Source: a bacterium
GTDB taxonomy: Bacteria; UBA8248
Direction of reading: 5' to 3'
DNA: 64,000 nt
Assembly: GCA_963692865.2 (NCBI GenBank)
Contig: OY843592.1
Location: 2,240,001-2,304,000 of the forward strand
Positions within the stretch are counted from its first letter, which is position 1; every line of letters starts with the position of its first letter. The position numbers and the translations under genes were made by a program. A model generated the notes under the pieces. That model worked only from the letters and a program-made list of their open reading frames with translations, was not told where the DNA came from and did no database searches. Of this stretch, positions 1 through 10,025 are shown one piece after another.

Positions 1-1
1 C

Positions 2-892
2 CCGTCGTGCGTAACGGCCCTCGACCACCATGATCCGATCGCGGAGTCTGCGCGAATTTTGGAGAAGCTCTTTTCGGACGGCAACAACGACGCTGTCCCC
101 GATGATTCGGATGAGGCCGGTTTTTGGAATAAGAGGGCCGAGGGAGGCCGCTCGGAGCGAGCGAATGCTCCGGGCCGGCTTCGTAGTACCGGGACGGGGT
201 TCTACGTCGCGCCGAAATATGTCCTGACCAACAGACACGTCGTGGAGAATTGCAACGTAATTCGGACGGGAGTGTCGCGCGTGCCCGATCCGAGCAGCAA
301 CGTAAGAAAAGGAGGAAAGGGGACGGACCTGGCGCTGATCCGCGTCCGGGAGAAAAGGGACGGGGCGGCCCGGGATTTCGAGTTCGCCATGGTCGGAGAC
401 CGCGTTTACGTTTTCGGTTATGATAGATTGCTGGATTTATTCCCTATCATACAGCCGCGAATGTCGGACGGAATCGTCGGTGGGTGGTCGTATCGGAACG
501 AAAAACATGAGAGAGCGATGGATCATGGAAATTACCTCCTGTACACCGCGAGCACCTACCCCGGAAACAGCGGGGGGCCGCTCATCAACGAAGCAGGACG
601 CGTCGTCGGCGTGGTGACGGGAGGAGGTACGGAAAACGAAACCACCGGGTTGGCCATTCCGGCGAACGAGATGCTGTTTTTCCTGTGGAGCGTAGCGAGA
701 GACTGGAAAAACGAAGAGTTGGAGAAGTTGTCCCAAAAGAAGATTGGCGGTGCCTATGAGTCGATGAGAGCGAGGCTGCAATCTGACTACAAGCTCAAGG
801 GCGAAATGTTCAGCGCGCAGGTCATCAGCGATCTGGCGCGCGAATTCGTAGTACCGATCACCTGCTGGGAGCAAGAAAAAAAGAAGAAATAG
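2..892 (+). CDS. Trypsin-like (S1) serine protease, 5'-truncated by the window edge
   Basis: Frame is open from position 2. Catalytic triad motifs TNRHVV (His), DLALI (Asp) and PGNSGGPL (Ser), plus STGTGF. Confidence 0.85.
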   Translation, partial: PSCVTALDHHDPIAESARILEKLFSDGNNDAVPDDSDEAGFWNKRAEGGRSERANAPGRLRSTGTGFYVAPKYVLTNRHVVENCNVIRTGVSRVPDPSSNVRKGGKGTDLALIRVREKRDGAARDFEFAMVGDRVYVFGYDRLLDLFPIIQPRMSDGIVGGWSYRNEKHERAMDHGNYLLYTASTYPGNSGGPLINEAGRVVGVVTGGGTENETTGLAIPANEMLFFLWSVARDWKNEELEKLSQKKIGGAYESMRARLQSDYKLKGEMFSAQVISDLAREFVVPITCWEQEKKKK

Positions 893-1179
893 GGGGCTGG
901 CCGGCATCGGGGTTACGGTGCGCGGAATTCGCTTGTGGCTGGCCTGATGATTGGCGTGATGGAGAATGTGGGAGAGGGAGGGGGTAGCGAGCAGGTGATA
1001 CAGCAGGGATCCCCCCCGTGGTTGTCTTTTCAGTTTGGATATGAGCCGGACAGGCGCGGAGGCCAAAACAGGCCGAGGGTCTCTCCGGCTACGGAGTATG
1101 GCAATCCTCCGATTCAAAATTGAAATTTCGCCCAATGCCGGGAGATTTATCGAACGCTCACGGCTAGAATGCGCGCGCT

Positions 1180-2325
1180 TCACGAACCCGCGGGCACGCA
1201 GACCATCCCTTCCATGAGCCTTCGCGCCGTGCGGTAGACGATCACCTTCTCGGCCACGGGGCCTTCGGGCGTCCCGGAGACCACCGCGTTTATCGTCTGC
1301 ACGCCGGATGGGTGCCCGAGCCGGATGTCGCCCGCCCCGCTTCGGGCGGCCTCGTGCGTCAGCGTCCCCGGTATCCGCGCGGCGACGGCGAGGCACATCG
1401 CGCCCGTGAGGGCGAAGGCGCGGTGGGTCTTGCCCATCGAGACGATGCGGGCCGCTATGTCGCAATCCTCCGCCGAGACGATATCGCCCTTCAAGTCCAT
1501 GTATTCCAGGGGCGGGGCGACCATCACCACCTTGGGAACCGCCTGCACGCTCTCCGAAGCCTCTCTCCTGTCGCGCGCAAGCCCCATGCGCACGGCGGCC
1601 TCCGCGCGGATCTGCTCCAGATTCACCATCACCTCGACTTGGGCGTCGATGCGGCCGGGGCCTTCCCCGCCGGCCAGCCCCAAATCCCCGGCGCGCACGA
1701 AGACCATCGGGTTGGTGGCGTCCACCATGCTCGCCTCGACCCTGCCGATTCCCTCGATCTCGAAGGCGTCCACCGCGTTGCCCGAGGGCAGCAGCTTTCC
1801 GGTAGCCGCGCCGCCCGGGTCCATGAATTCGAGCGTGATGCGCGCGCCGGCGCCCGATACGCCGGGAAGCTCGTACGAGCCGCCGACGCCCGCCGCGCCG
1901 TCTTCCACCGGGAAGCGCGCGTGGTAGGTCTTGCCCGTGTTCGTGTTGTAGACGCGCACGGCGGCGGTTCCGTCTTTAACCTCCACCAACCCCTCGTCCA
2001 CGGCGAACGGCCCGACCGCGCTCGATATGTTCCCGCACGTGCCGACGTAGTCCACGGTCTCGTCCGTTACGCCCACCTGCGCGAAGGTGAAGTCCACGTC
2101 CGCGTCCGCGCGCGCGGACGGCGCCACGACCGCGATTTTGCTTAAAGACGATATCCCGCCGCCCAGACCGTCGAGCTGGCGTCCGTTCGGGTCGGGACTG
2201 CCCAGCGCCTTGAGGAATACGGCGTCGCGCTCGGCTTGATCTCCGGGCAGGTCTTTTTCGTGGAAGACGATGGCGCGGCTCGTGCCCCCGCGCATGAAGA
2301 CGGCCGGATATTTCCTTTGGCTCAT
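1180..2325 (-). CDS. prpF: PrpF/FldA family isomerase (2-methylaconitate / methylitaconate isomerase-like)
   Basis: Starts MSQRKYPAVFMRGGTSRA; contains GSPDPNGRQLDGLGGGISSLSK, CGNISSAVG, GHPSG and RTARRLMEG. Start moved to ATG 2325, just after the aconitase stop. Confidence 0.9.
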   Translation of the reverse strand: MSQRKYPAVFMRGGTSRAIVFHEKDLPGDQAERDAVFLKALGSPDPNGRQLDGLGGGISSLSKIAVVAPSARADADVDFTFAQVGVTDETVDYVGTCGNISSAVGPFAVDEGLVEVKDGTAAVRVYNTNTGKTYHARFPVEDGAAGVGGSYELPGVSGAGARITLEFMDPGGAATGKLLPSGNAVDAFEIEGIGRVEASMVDATNPMVFVRAGDLGLAGGEGPGRIDAQVEVMVNLEQIRAEAAVRMGLARDRREASESVQAVPKVVMVAPPLEYMDLKGDIVSAEDCDIAARIVSMGKTHRAFALTGAMCLAVAARIPGTLTHEAARSGAGDIRLGHPSGVQTINAVVSGTPEGPVAEKVIVYRTARRLMEGMVCVPAGS

Positions 2326-2326
2326 G

Positions 2327-4300
2327 TCAAGGGCCGTCCCGCGTTTCGGCGGGAGAGGCGCCTCCCCCCTCGATGCGCGCGAGCGCGAGCGCGCCGCCCG
2401 CCTCGAGCATGCGCCGCTCGCGCTCGGTGAGGGGACACTCGGCGCTGAATGTGTCGCCTGTCTCCAGGTTTTCGACCCGGAAAAGGCCCGTGGCGAGGGA
2501 ATCCTGGATGTCGGATATGGAGAGCTTCTGGCCGGCGTCCACTTTTTCGTAGTCCTCCTCATCGGTGAACGTCAAAGGCAGGATGCCCCAGTTGATCAGG
2601 TTCGCCCGGTGGATTCTCGCAAAACTCTTGGCGATGACGGCGCGCACGCCGAGTATCATCGGGCAGATGGCCGCCTGCTCGCGGGCAGAACCCTGCCCGT
2701 ACGTCTTCGCCCCGACGATGACGCCGCCGCCCGCCTCTCTCGCGCGTAAGGCGAACGTCTCGTCCACGCGCCTGAAGGTGAAATCGGCGAGCGCCGGCAT
2801 GTTCGTCCGGTAGGTGATGGCCTCGACCCCCGCCGGGCTGATGTGGTCGGTCGAGACGTTGTCGCCCAGCTTGATGAGGATTTCTCCCGCCCAGGAATCG
2901 CCGATAAACGCTCCCACGGGCACGGGCCGGATGTTCGGCCCCCGGATGATCTCCACCTCCGCCGGGTCATCGGCGGGCGCGACGATGCCCGTCCTGTCGC
3001 TCGCGAAGCGGTAGGGGAGCAGGACTTCCGGCGCTCTTCCCTCGTCCCTCGGGTCTCTTATCTCGCCGTGCAGGGCGGCGACGGCGGCGAGTTCGGGACT
3101 CGCGAGATACACGGCGTCCTCGCTCAGCCCCGAGCGGCCCTTGAAGTTTCTGTTGAAGGCGCGCAGGGAGTTCATGCCCGGCGCGGGGATGTGGGCGTAG
3201 CCGGGGCAGGAACCGCAGGTGGATTCCGACACGCAGACGCCCGCGGCGAGCAGATCGGCCAGGTGGCCCTCTCTCGCGAGTTCCTCGAACGCCTGTCGGC
3301 TGCCCGGAAAGACGATCGCGTCGACGCCGTCGGCCACCTTGCGGCCCCTCAGCACCTGCGCGAAGGAGGCCACGTCCGTGAACGTGCCGTTCGTGCAGCT
3401 TCCGATGATGACCTGGTGGACCGGCGTGCCGACGGCTTCCGCGACGGGAACCACGTTCTCGGGGTTCGAGGGCAGGGCGACCAGGGGCTGGACGTCTCCC
3501 AGATCGAGGTCGATTCTCTCGTCATACTCGGCGTCGGCCTCCGCTTCCTGGGGCTTCCAGTCGGCGATGCGCCCGATGCGCTCGTAGAACGTCCTGGTCT
3601 GCGCGTCGCTGGGGAAGATGCTGCCCGTGAGGCCGAGTTCGGTGCCCATGCTGGCGATGGTGAAGCGCTCCGGCACCGAGAGCGCGCGTAGGCCCGGCCC
3701 CGTGTATTCGAAATACTTGCCGATTCCCCCCCGCGCGCCCAGGCGGCGCAGGAGTTCGAGAATCAAGTCTTTCGCCGTGGCCCAGGCGCCCGGCTTCCCG
3801 GTGAGACGAACCTCGACGATAACCGGACGCGGGATGATGGTCGCCCCCGTCGCCATGGCGGTCGCCACGTCCATGCCGCCAGCGCCGATGGCGAGCATCC
3901 CTACCGCGCCGCCCTGGGGGGTATGCGAATCCGTGCCGAGGAGGCTCTCGCCGGGGACGGAGAATTCCTCCAGATGCACGTTGTGGCAGATGCCGTTTCC
4001 CGGTTTGGAGAAATGGATGCCGTGCTTGCGGCAGAAGCCGAGCATGAAGCGATGGGCGTCGGTGTGGAGGCTGTTGACCTGGATGGTCTGGTGGTCGCCG
4101 TACATGACGGCTATCTTCTGTTTCACCCGCGCGAAGCCCATCGCCTCGAAGTGGAGCAGGGCGGTGGGGCCGGATGCGTCCTGCAGAAGCGCCTGGTCGA
4201 TTCGTATCTCGACCTCCTCGCCCGGCGTTCTCGCGGCGCCCGATACCAGGTGCGCGTCGATGAGCTTTTGGGTGAGGCTGCGCGCGCCCTGCTCAGCCAC
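2327..4300 (-). CDS. Aconitase-family [4Fe-4S] hydratase, single chain of about 657 aa
   Basis: Motifs QDASG, GNGICH, GTDSHT, GSCTN, CGSCPG, NRNFKGRSG, STDHISP, GQGSAREQAA and ARIHRANLIN. Confidence 0.9.
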   Translation of the reverse strand: MAEQGARSLTQKLIDAHLVSGAARTPGEEVEIRIDQALLQDASGPTALLHFEAMGFARVKQKIAVMYGDHQTIQVNSLHTDAHRFMLGFCRKHGIHFSKPGNGICHNVHLEEFSVPGESLLGTDSHTPQGGAVGMLAIGAGGMDVATAMATGATIIPRPVIVEVRLTGKPGAWATAKDLILELLRRLGARGGIGKYFEYTGPGLRALSVPERFTIASMGTELGLTGSIFPSDAQTRTFYERIGRIADWKPQEAEADAEYDERIDLDLGDVQPLVALPSNPENVVPVAEAVGTPVHQVIIGSCTNGTFTDVASFAQVLRGRKVADGVDAIVFPGSRQAFEELAREGHLADLLAAGVCVSESTCGSCPGYAHIPAPGMNSLRAFNRNFKGRSGLSEDAVYLASPELAAVAALHGEIRDPRDEGRAPEVLLPYRFASDRTGIVAPADDPAEVEIIRGPNIRPVPVGAFIGDSWAGEILIKLGDNVSTDHISPAGVEAITYRTNMPALADFTFRRVDETFALRAREAGGGVIVGAKTYGQGSAREQAAICPMILGVRAVIAKSFARIHRANLINWGILPLTFTDEEDYEKVDAGQKLSISDIQDSLATGLFRVENLETGDTFSAECPLTERERRMLEAGGALALARIEGGGASPAETRDGP

Positions 4301-5429
4301 GGCTTCTCATGGTCCTGTAGGGCCGCTTGCCCGGGCCGGTGTAGCGCGCCCGGGGGCGGATGAGGCGGTTGTCGGCCTGCTGCTCGAGGATGTTGGCCGT
4401 CCAGCCCGCGACGCGCGACATGGCGATGATGGGGACGAACAACTCCATGGGGATGCCCAGCCCCTGCCACAGCGGCGCGGAATAGAAATCCACGTTCGGG
4501 ATGACGCCCTTCCGGCTCTGCACGGCGTGGTCGAGCGCGCGCGCCATGTCGAACCACTTGGCGTCGCGCCCGGGCCGGCGGCAGACCTCCTCGGCCAACT
4601 CGATGAGCACGCCCGCGCGCGGGTCGCCGCTCTTCGTGTAGACTCGGTGGCCGAAGCCCATGAAGAGCCTTTTCCTGGCGAGCGCCGCCTCGACGAAGGG
4701 CTCCACGTTCTCGATGTCGCCGATCTCCCTCAAGGTCTCCATCACCGCGAGGCCCGCGCCCCCGTGAAGCGGGCCCTTGAGCGCGCTGATGCCCGCCGTG
4801 ACGGCGGAGTAGATGTCCGACATGGTGGAGGTGACGACGCGCGTCGCGAAGGTCGAGGCGTTGAACTCGTGCTCCGCGTAGAGCACCAGGGTGGCGTCGA
4901 GCGCGCGGGCGTCGATCTTCTCGGGCGCCCGGCCCGTGATCATGTAGAGGAAATTCGCCGCGTGGCCGAGTCCCCGGCGCGGGTTCAGCGGCTTGAGACC
5001 CGCCGCGAGGCGGTGCTGGGCCGCGACGATGGTGGGCATCTTCGCGGTGAGACGGAGCGCCTTTCTGCGGTTCGCCTCGGGCGAGTCGTCTTCCGCCTCA
5101 GGGTCGAACAGCCCCAGAATCCCCACGCCGCCCCTCAGCGCCGCCGTTCTCTGCTCGCCGGGGGGTATCTGCTTGAGAGCGCGCATCATCCCGGGCGAGA
5201 GCGCGCGCTCGGCCTTCATGGCCCCGCCGAATTCCTTGAGCCTCTCGCGGGTGGGGAGCTCTCCGCGCCACAGGAGATAGGCGACCTCCTCGAAGGTGAC
5301 CTTCTTTCTCACCATCTCGGGCACGTCGTAGCCGTAATACCCCAGAATCCCGTTCACGCCGTCCAGGGAGCATATCCGCGTGTCGGCCGCGATGACGCCC
5401 TCAAGCCCTCTGACGGGTGCATCTTCCAT
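4293..5429 (-). CDS. Citrate / 2-methylcitrate synthase family protein
   Basis: Motifs GLEGV, EHEFNASTF, GPLHGGA, GFGHRVY, DPRA, PNVDFY and LIRPR. Overlaps the aconitase start. Confidence 0.92.
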   Translation of the reverse strand: MEDAPVRGLEGVIAADTRICSLDGVNGILGYYGYDVPEMVRKKVTFEEVAYLLWRGELPTRERLKEFGGAMKAERALSPGMMRALKQIPPGEQRTAALRGGVGILGLFDPEAEDDSPEANRRKALRLTAKMPTIVAAQHRLAAGLKPLNPRRGLGHAANFLYMITGRAPEKIDARALDATLVLYAEHEFNASTFATRVVTSTMSDIYSAVTAGISALKGPLHGGAGLAVMETLREIGDIENVEPFVEAALARKRLFMGFGHRVYTKSGDPRAGVLIELAEEVCRRPGRDAKWFDMARALDHAVQSRKGVIPNVDFYSAPLWQGLGIPMELFVPIIAMSRVAGWTANILEQQADNRLIRPRARYTGPGKRPYRTMRSRG

Positions 5430-5452
5430 CGTGAATCTCCTCTGCGGCGCGT

Positions 5453-6409
5453 TTACTCGTAGATTTCGGGATTGGCGAGCGAGGTGACTTTCTCACCCTC
5501 CACCGCCCGCTTGATATTATCGCACAAAAGCCTGTAGCTCTCACGCTGGACGCTCTCGGTCTGGGCGGCGTTGTGGGGCGACATCACGACGTTGGGGAAA
5601 CCGTGTAAGGGATGATCCTCAGGCAGGGGGTCCGGCTCCACCACGTCGAGGCCCGCGCCCGCGATTTTACCCTCTCTTATGGCGTCGGTGAGCGCGTCGG
5701 TATCCACGTGGGGGCCGCGCGAGACGTTGACGAGACAGGCCGTGTCTTTCATGAGTTCGAGTTCCCGCGCGCCTATCATGCCCGTGTTCTCGGGCGTGAG
5801 GGGCAGGGTGAGCGCAACGAAGTCGGTGCGCGGCAGCAGATCGTGCAGCGTCTCCACCTCTTCCACCTCGAAGCCTTGCGATTTGAATTTCCCCCGCGTG
5901 CGCGTGTAGGCGCATATGTTCATCTCGAAGGCGGCGGCGCGCCTGGCGAGCGCCCCCCCGATGTTCCCGAGTCCCACGATACCCAGCGTCGCGCCCTGAA
6001 GCTGGAAGTGGAGCCTGCGCTCCCCGATAGGCCAGAGCCAGGGCCTCCTGGCCATGATGAGGGTGAGCGTCATCGCGTGCTCGGCCACGGGGACGCAGCG
6101 CATCCAGCCGGGCGCGTTGGCGACGGGGATGCCGAGTTCGGTGGCGGCGGCAACGTCGATGTTGTCCACGCCGGTGCCCACCTTGCCGACGACTTTAATT
6201 TCCGGCCCCGCCTCCATCATCTCCCGCGTGATGGGGGCGAACCCGGTAGTGAGCGCGCACGCGCCCGCGGCCGCCTCGAGCAGGGAGGCGTCGTCGAAGG
6301 ATTCCGGCTCCACGAACGCATAGCCCTCGTGCAGGTATTCCTCCATGAAAATCCTGCGGGCGGGCTGCGTTTTCGTGCGCTCATCCACGCTCAGGACGCG
6401 GTGCGTCAT
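5453..6409 (-). CDS. D-isomer-specific 2-hydroxyacid dehydrogenase (SerA/GhrB-like)
   Basis: Motifs GTGVDNID, VAEH, GLGNIG, NVSRG, GAGLDV and SPHNAA. GGAGG RBS lies upstream of ATG 6409. Confidence 0.9.
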   Translation of the reverse strand: MTHRVLSVDERTKTQPARRIFMEEYLHEGYAFVEPESFDDASLLEAAAGACALTTGFAPITREMMEAGPEIKVVGKVGTGVDNIDVAAATELGIPVANAPGWMRCVPVAEHAMTLTLIMARRPWLWPIGERRLHFQLQGATLGIVGLGNIGGALARRAAAFEMNICAYTRTRGKFKSQGFEVEEVETLHDLLPRTDFVALTLPLTPENTGMIGARELELMKDTACLVNVSRGPHVDTDALTDAIREGKIAGAGLDVVEPDPLPEDHPLHGFPNVVMSPHNAAQTESVQRESYRLLCDNIKRAVEGEKVTSLANPEIYE

Positions 6410-6443
6410 TTTGATGATTTCCTCCATTGATTCTTTGCATCAT

Positions 6444-6744
6444 GGGAATGTTGGAAAAGCCTTTACGGGACCGACCAGAACATTCTCCCCTTGTAGAATG
6501 CCCGACAACCACTCCCCCCTTGAGGGTCTGGCTTCCCGAGGGGAAAGCCAGACGAAGAGGCCGAGCCACCGGCGAAGGCCGATTCGGTGGGGGGAGATTC
6601 ATTCTGTGGCATGTCCCCCACCGGTTCGCTTGCGGGCTTACGCCCTTACCTCACCGACTCCCCCTCAAGGGGGGAGTGGTTTTCCACCCTCCTGGGTCGG
6701 CTTCATACACCGAATCACACTATCGGGGGTTATTCAACAACCCC
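6444..6744. repeat. TIR-bounded MITE-like element enclosing an ACTCCCCCCTTGAGGG...CCCCTCAAGGGGGGAGT REP-like doublet
   Basis: Degenerate left end GGGAATGTTGGAAAAG and right end TTATTCAACAACCCC. The internal ~170 bp palindromic unit has an inverted near-copy at 50857-51025. Confidence 0.7.
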
Positions 6745-6745
6745 T

Positions 6746-7378
6746 CTACGAAGAGGGCCGGCCGAATTTCTCTTTCGCGTCCGCCATGCTCGATACGCCG
6801 GGCCGCCAGGCGGGGGGCGGGTCGGCGTCGTCGCGCGAGTATCCGTCGCGCTCGAGCCGGTCACGGAACCACGCCTCGTTCACGCGGTTGGTGTCGGCGT
6901 CCATTCTGGCGAGGTCGCAGAAAATCTCGATCCCGTTTCCGCACGGGTCGTGAAAGTAAAAGGCGCGGTTCTCGCCCAGCGTGCCGTCGCCCTCGGGATG
7001 CATGGGGCTGTGGACGAGCGGCCCCGCGGCGATCCGGATGCCGTGTGAGCGGACGTGCGCCGCCCAGGCTTCGAGTTCTTCCTTGGAGCCGACCTCGAAG
7101 GCCACGTGGTGCAGGCCGACTTCCGGTTTTCGCATGCCGCCCTCTTTGGGCGCGAGGCCGGCTTCCTTGGGAAAGGCGATGAGGGATACCTCGTGGTGGC
7201 CCTCGCCGCAGCGCATGAAGCATATTCCCCACGGGCTGTGGGGGTTGTCGCCCGGTTCGTAGCGGTCCGACACCTTAAGCCCCATGACGTCGCGGTAGAA
7301 GGCCACCGCCTCGTCCAGGTCGTGGACCTTTAAGCCCACGTGCTGGATGCGCCTGAGAGCCGGAGGGGTTGCGCCCAT
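6746..7378 (-). CDS. VOC/glyoxalase family protein (extradiol dioxygenase-like)
   Basis: Motifs IQHVGLKV.DL, FYRDVMGL, HHEV, GLHHVAFEV and FYFHDPCGNGIEIF. Confidence 0.85.
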   Translation of the reverse strand: MGATPPALRRIQHVGLKVHDLDEAVAFYRDVMGLKVSDRYEPGDNPHSPWGICFMRCGEGHHEVSLIAFPKEAGLAPKEGGMRKPEVGLHHVAFEVGSKEELEAWAAHVRSHGIRIAAGPLVHSPMHPEGDGTLGENRAFYFHDPCGNGIEIFCDLARMDADTNRVNEAWFRDRLERDGYSRDDADPPPAWRPGVSSMADAKEKFGRPSS

Positions 7379-7406
7379 GACGCCTCCTTCTCGGGATTGG
7401 CCGAAA

Positions 7407-9875
7407 TTACGCGGGTTCGGGGTCCACGCCGCCGCGCGTGCGCTGTAAGACGAACACGGCTATCAAGGCTACGATGCCCGTGGCGTAGGAGAGATACCTC
7501 AAATCCCCTTCCAGCGGGGTAATGAATACCACGAAATTCCCCACGGGCAGGAGGAGGCATACCGAGCCGATGAACATCAGGGCGCGCTCCAGCCCGTTCG
7601 CGTGCCGCGTCATGAAGTTCTCCATCCATCCGGCCCAGCCGACGATGCCGATGAGGCACGCCCCGAAGGTGATGGCCACCTCTGTCCTTGTGCCGTCCAG
7701 AAGAAGCGGGGTATAGACGAACAGGAACGGCATGATGAAGAGCCACGAGGCGAGTTTCAGGGCCTGGAAGCCGGTCTTGACCGGGTCCGAGACGGCGATG
7801 GCGCTCGCCGCGTACGCCGCCAGGGCGACCGGCGGGGTCACGGCGCTCACGACGGCCACCCAGAAGCAGATGAGGTGCGCGTGGACGGTCGGCACGCCCA
7901 GGTTGGTGAGCGCGATGACGCCGAAGATGACCAGCACCACGTAGCTCGCCGTGATGGGCAGGCCCATGCCGACGATGTAGCCCGCGATGATCACCCAGAG
8001 GATGGTGAGCGGCAGGAGACCGAAGCTGAACTCGGTCAGCAGGATGGAGATGCGGCCGGACAGGTCGCTTTGCGTCGCGCAGGAGAGCAGGATGCCCAGC
8101 ACGCACGCGATGCACCCGATGACGAGGGTGTTCCTCGCGCCCGCTTCCAGGGAAATCCAGGTGATCTTGACGATATCCACCACGAGTTCCCGAAGCCGCC
8201 TGAAGAGAATCGGCCCCGTCTCGTATTCGGCCTCTCCGGTTTCCGCCCGCATCGCGGTCGAGAGGATTTCGGCGAGTTTCAGGACGATGAACGCCGCTAC
8301 CGTCCAGAACAGGGCGTCTCCCCAGTTCATGCCGCGCAGCGTGTCCGCGAACCAGGCGAACGGCGCGCCGACCGTGAGGCCGAAATAATAGGAGAAGACG
8401 CCGAAGGCGATGGAGACGGCGAGGAACGGGCGGGCCGTCTTCTCGGCCGTCGGGACGTTGATGTTCGAGAGCAGCTCGCAGGTTTTGAGCATCACGATGA
8501 GGCAGATGGTCTTGAACGCGGCCAGGAACGCGGAATCGCCGATGACGAGGTAGTACACCATCACGGGGATGGGCAGCAGGAAGTGGAGGCGCGGGATGAT
8601 TCTGCTCCAGGGAGGCAGCTCCGAGGGGTCGACGCCGTGGAGCCCGCGCCGCACGGCGCGGATGAAGACCATGTAGCCCACCGAGAGATAGTAGAGAATG
8701 GCCGGGAGCGTCGCGATCTTGACGATGTCGAAATAAGAGGTTTCGGTGAGTTGCGCGACCAGGAAGGCCCCGCCCGCCATGATGGGCGGCATGTAGGCCC
8801 CTCCCGTCGAGGCGGCCGCCTCGACCGCGCCCGCGAACTCGGGGCGGTAGCCCACCCGCTTCATGAGGGGGATGGTGAACGTGCCCGTCGTCACCACGTT
8901 GGCCACGCCGCTGCCCGAGATCATGCCGAACAGCCCGCTCGACATGACGGCCGTGAGGCCGGGGCCGCCCGTCTTCTGGCCCGTCACCCGGTAGGTGGCG
9001 TCGATGAGGAATTCGCCCAGACCCGTCTTTTCCAGAAAGGCGCCCAGGACGACGAAGATGACGATGTAGGTGGCGAACACCTCGACGATGAGGCCGGTGA
9101 TGCCGTCGGCCTCGAGCATCAGGAACTCGGTTACGCGGTCGAGCCCGAAGCCGTCGTGAAACAGGAGGCCCGGCGATATCTGCGCGATGGGCTTGAAGCT
9201 GTAGATCAGGAACAGGAAGCCGATGAACGGGATGACGGGGCCGATGACGCGCCTCGCGATGTCGAAGCTCACCGTTGTGAGCAGCAGCGTGTAGATCACC
9301 ACCGACGTGGGCACGGGGCCGCCGATGCGCGTGGTGAGTTCGATGTTGTAGATGTTCCACCAGATGATGGGGGCGACGGCCGATATGATGAACAGCCAGT
9401 CCGAAATCGTGGGAAGTTCCGCTACGCGCTCTACGGTGGCTTCCAGCCGGTAAAGGAAAGCGCCGAACAGTCCGCCGCCCAGCATGACCAGATACGCCCC
9501 GCCGCTCAGGAATTCGCTCCACAGCACGTCGCCGAAGAAAACGCCCCAATACGCCCACAGGGCCAGGGAGCCGCACATGGCGACGATGGCGAGGAACGAG
9601 AAGATTTCATCCAGATAGGAGAACCCTTCGCGGACGGGCCTTTGCCTTCCTTTATAGACGAGGACGCACAGCGTGGCGGTCGCCAGAATGTAGGCGCCCT
9701 TGAAGATTTCCGAACGCGGTGGACCGAAGTATGAGATATGAACGAAGAAGTAGGAAAACGCGACGGAAATAATGGAAACGACGATGCGCGAAAAACCCCG
9801 CAGGTCGCGCGGGACGACCATCTCGTCCGATATGAGGCCGAGCTTCATCAATATGGGCAAGAGATTTCGAAACAT
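7407..9875 (-). CDS. TRAP transporter fused 4TM/12TM permease (TAXI-associated)
   Basis: Motifs GMISGSGVANVVTTGTFTIPLMK, GAVEAAASTGG..MPPIM, GMGLPITASY and VTPPVALAAYAA; strongly hydrophobic. Confidence 0.93.
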   Translation of the reverse strand: MFRNLLPILMKLGLISDEMVVPRDLRGFSRIVVSIISVAFSYFFVHISYFGPPRSEIFKGAYILATATLCVLVYKGRQRPVREGFSYLDEIFSFLAIVAMCGSLALWAYWGVFFGDVLWSEFLSGGAYLVMLGGGLFGAFLYRLEATVERVAELPTISDWLFIISAVAPIIWWNIYNIELTTRIGGPVPTSVVIYTLLLTTVSFDIARRVIGPVIPFIGFLFLIYSFKPIAQISPGLLFHDGFGLDRVTEFLMLEADGITGLIVEVFATYIVIFVVLGAFLEKTGLGEFLIDATYRVTGQKTGGPGLTAVMSSGLFGMISGSGVANVVTTGTFTIPLMKRVGYRPEFAGAVEAAASTGGAYMPPIMAGGAFLVAQLTETSYFDIVKIATLPAILYYLSVGYMVFIRAVRRGLHGVDPSELPPWSRIIPRLHFLLPIPVMVYYLVIGDSAFLAAFKTICLIVMLKTCELLSNINVPTAEKTARPFLAVSIAFGVFSYYFGLTVGAPFAWFADTLRGMNWGDALFWTVAAFIVLKLAEILSTAMRAETGEAEYETGPILFRRLRELVVDIVKITWISLEAGARNTLVIGCIACVLGILLSCATQSDLSGRISILLTEFSFGLLPLTILWVIIAGYIVGMGLPITASYVVLVIFGVIALTNLGVPTVHAHLICFWVAVVSAVTPPVALAAYAASAIAVSDPVKTGFQALKLASWLFIMPFLFVYTPLLLDGTRTEVAITFGACLIGIVGWAGWMENFMTRHANGLERALMFIGSVCLLLPVGNFVVFITPLEGDLRYLSYATGIVALIAVFVLQRTRGGVDPEPA

Positions 9876-10025
9876 GGCGTCCTTATCCCGGCCCGGGCGT
9901 TCGGGCCGTCAATTCCCGGATATACCGTGAAGCGAAAGAATCCCGGGGAGAAGGAGATTTTTCTCGGTTTCTCCTCCTCCCCGGGCGCGGCTTTTCGCCG
10001 GATTTCCTCATCCGGGTTGCGGGGT

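Noticed and set aside
935-1123. 62-aa ORF between the protease and prpF
   Set aside because: No clear RBS, no motif and atypical codon usage; it cannot be supported.
7330-9734. Long overlapping ORFs (748 aa on minus, 710 aa on plus) and similar ones throughout the window
   Set aside because: These are shadow ORFs typical of high-GC genes, with low-complexity composition and no motifs.
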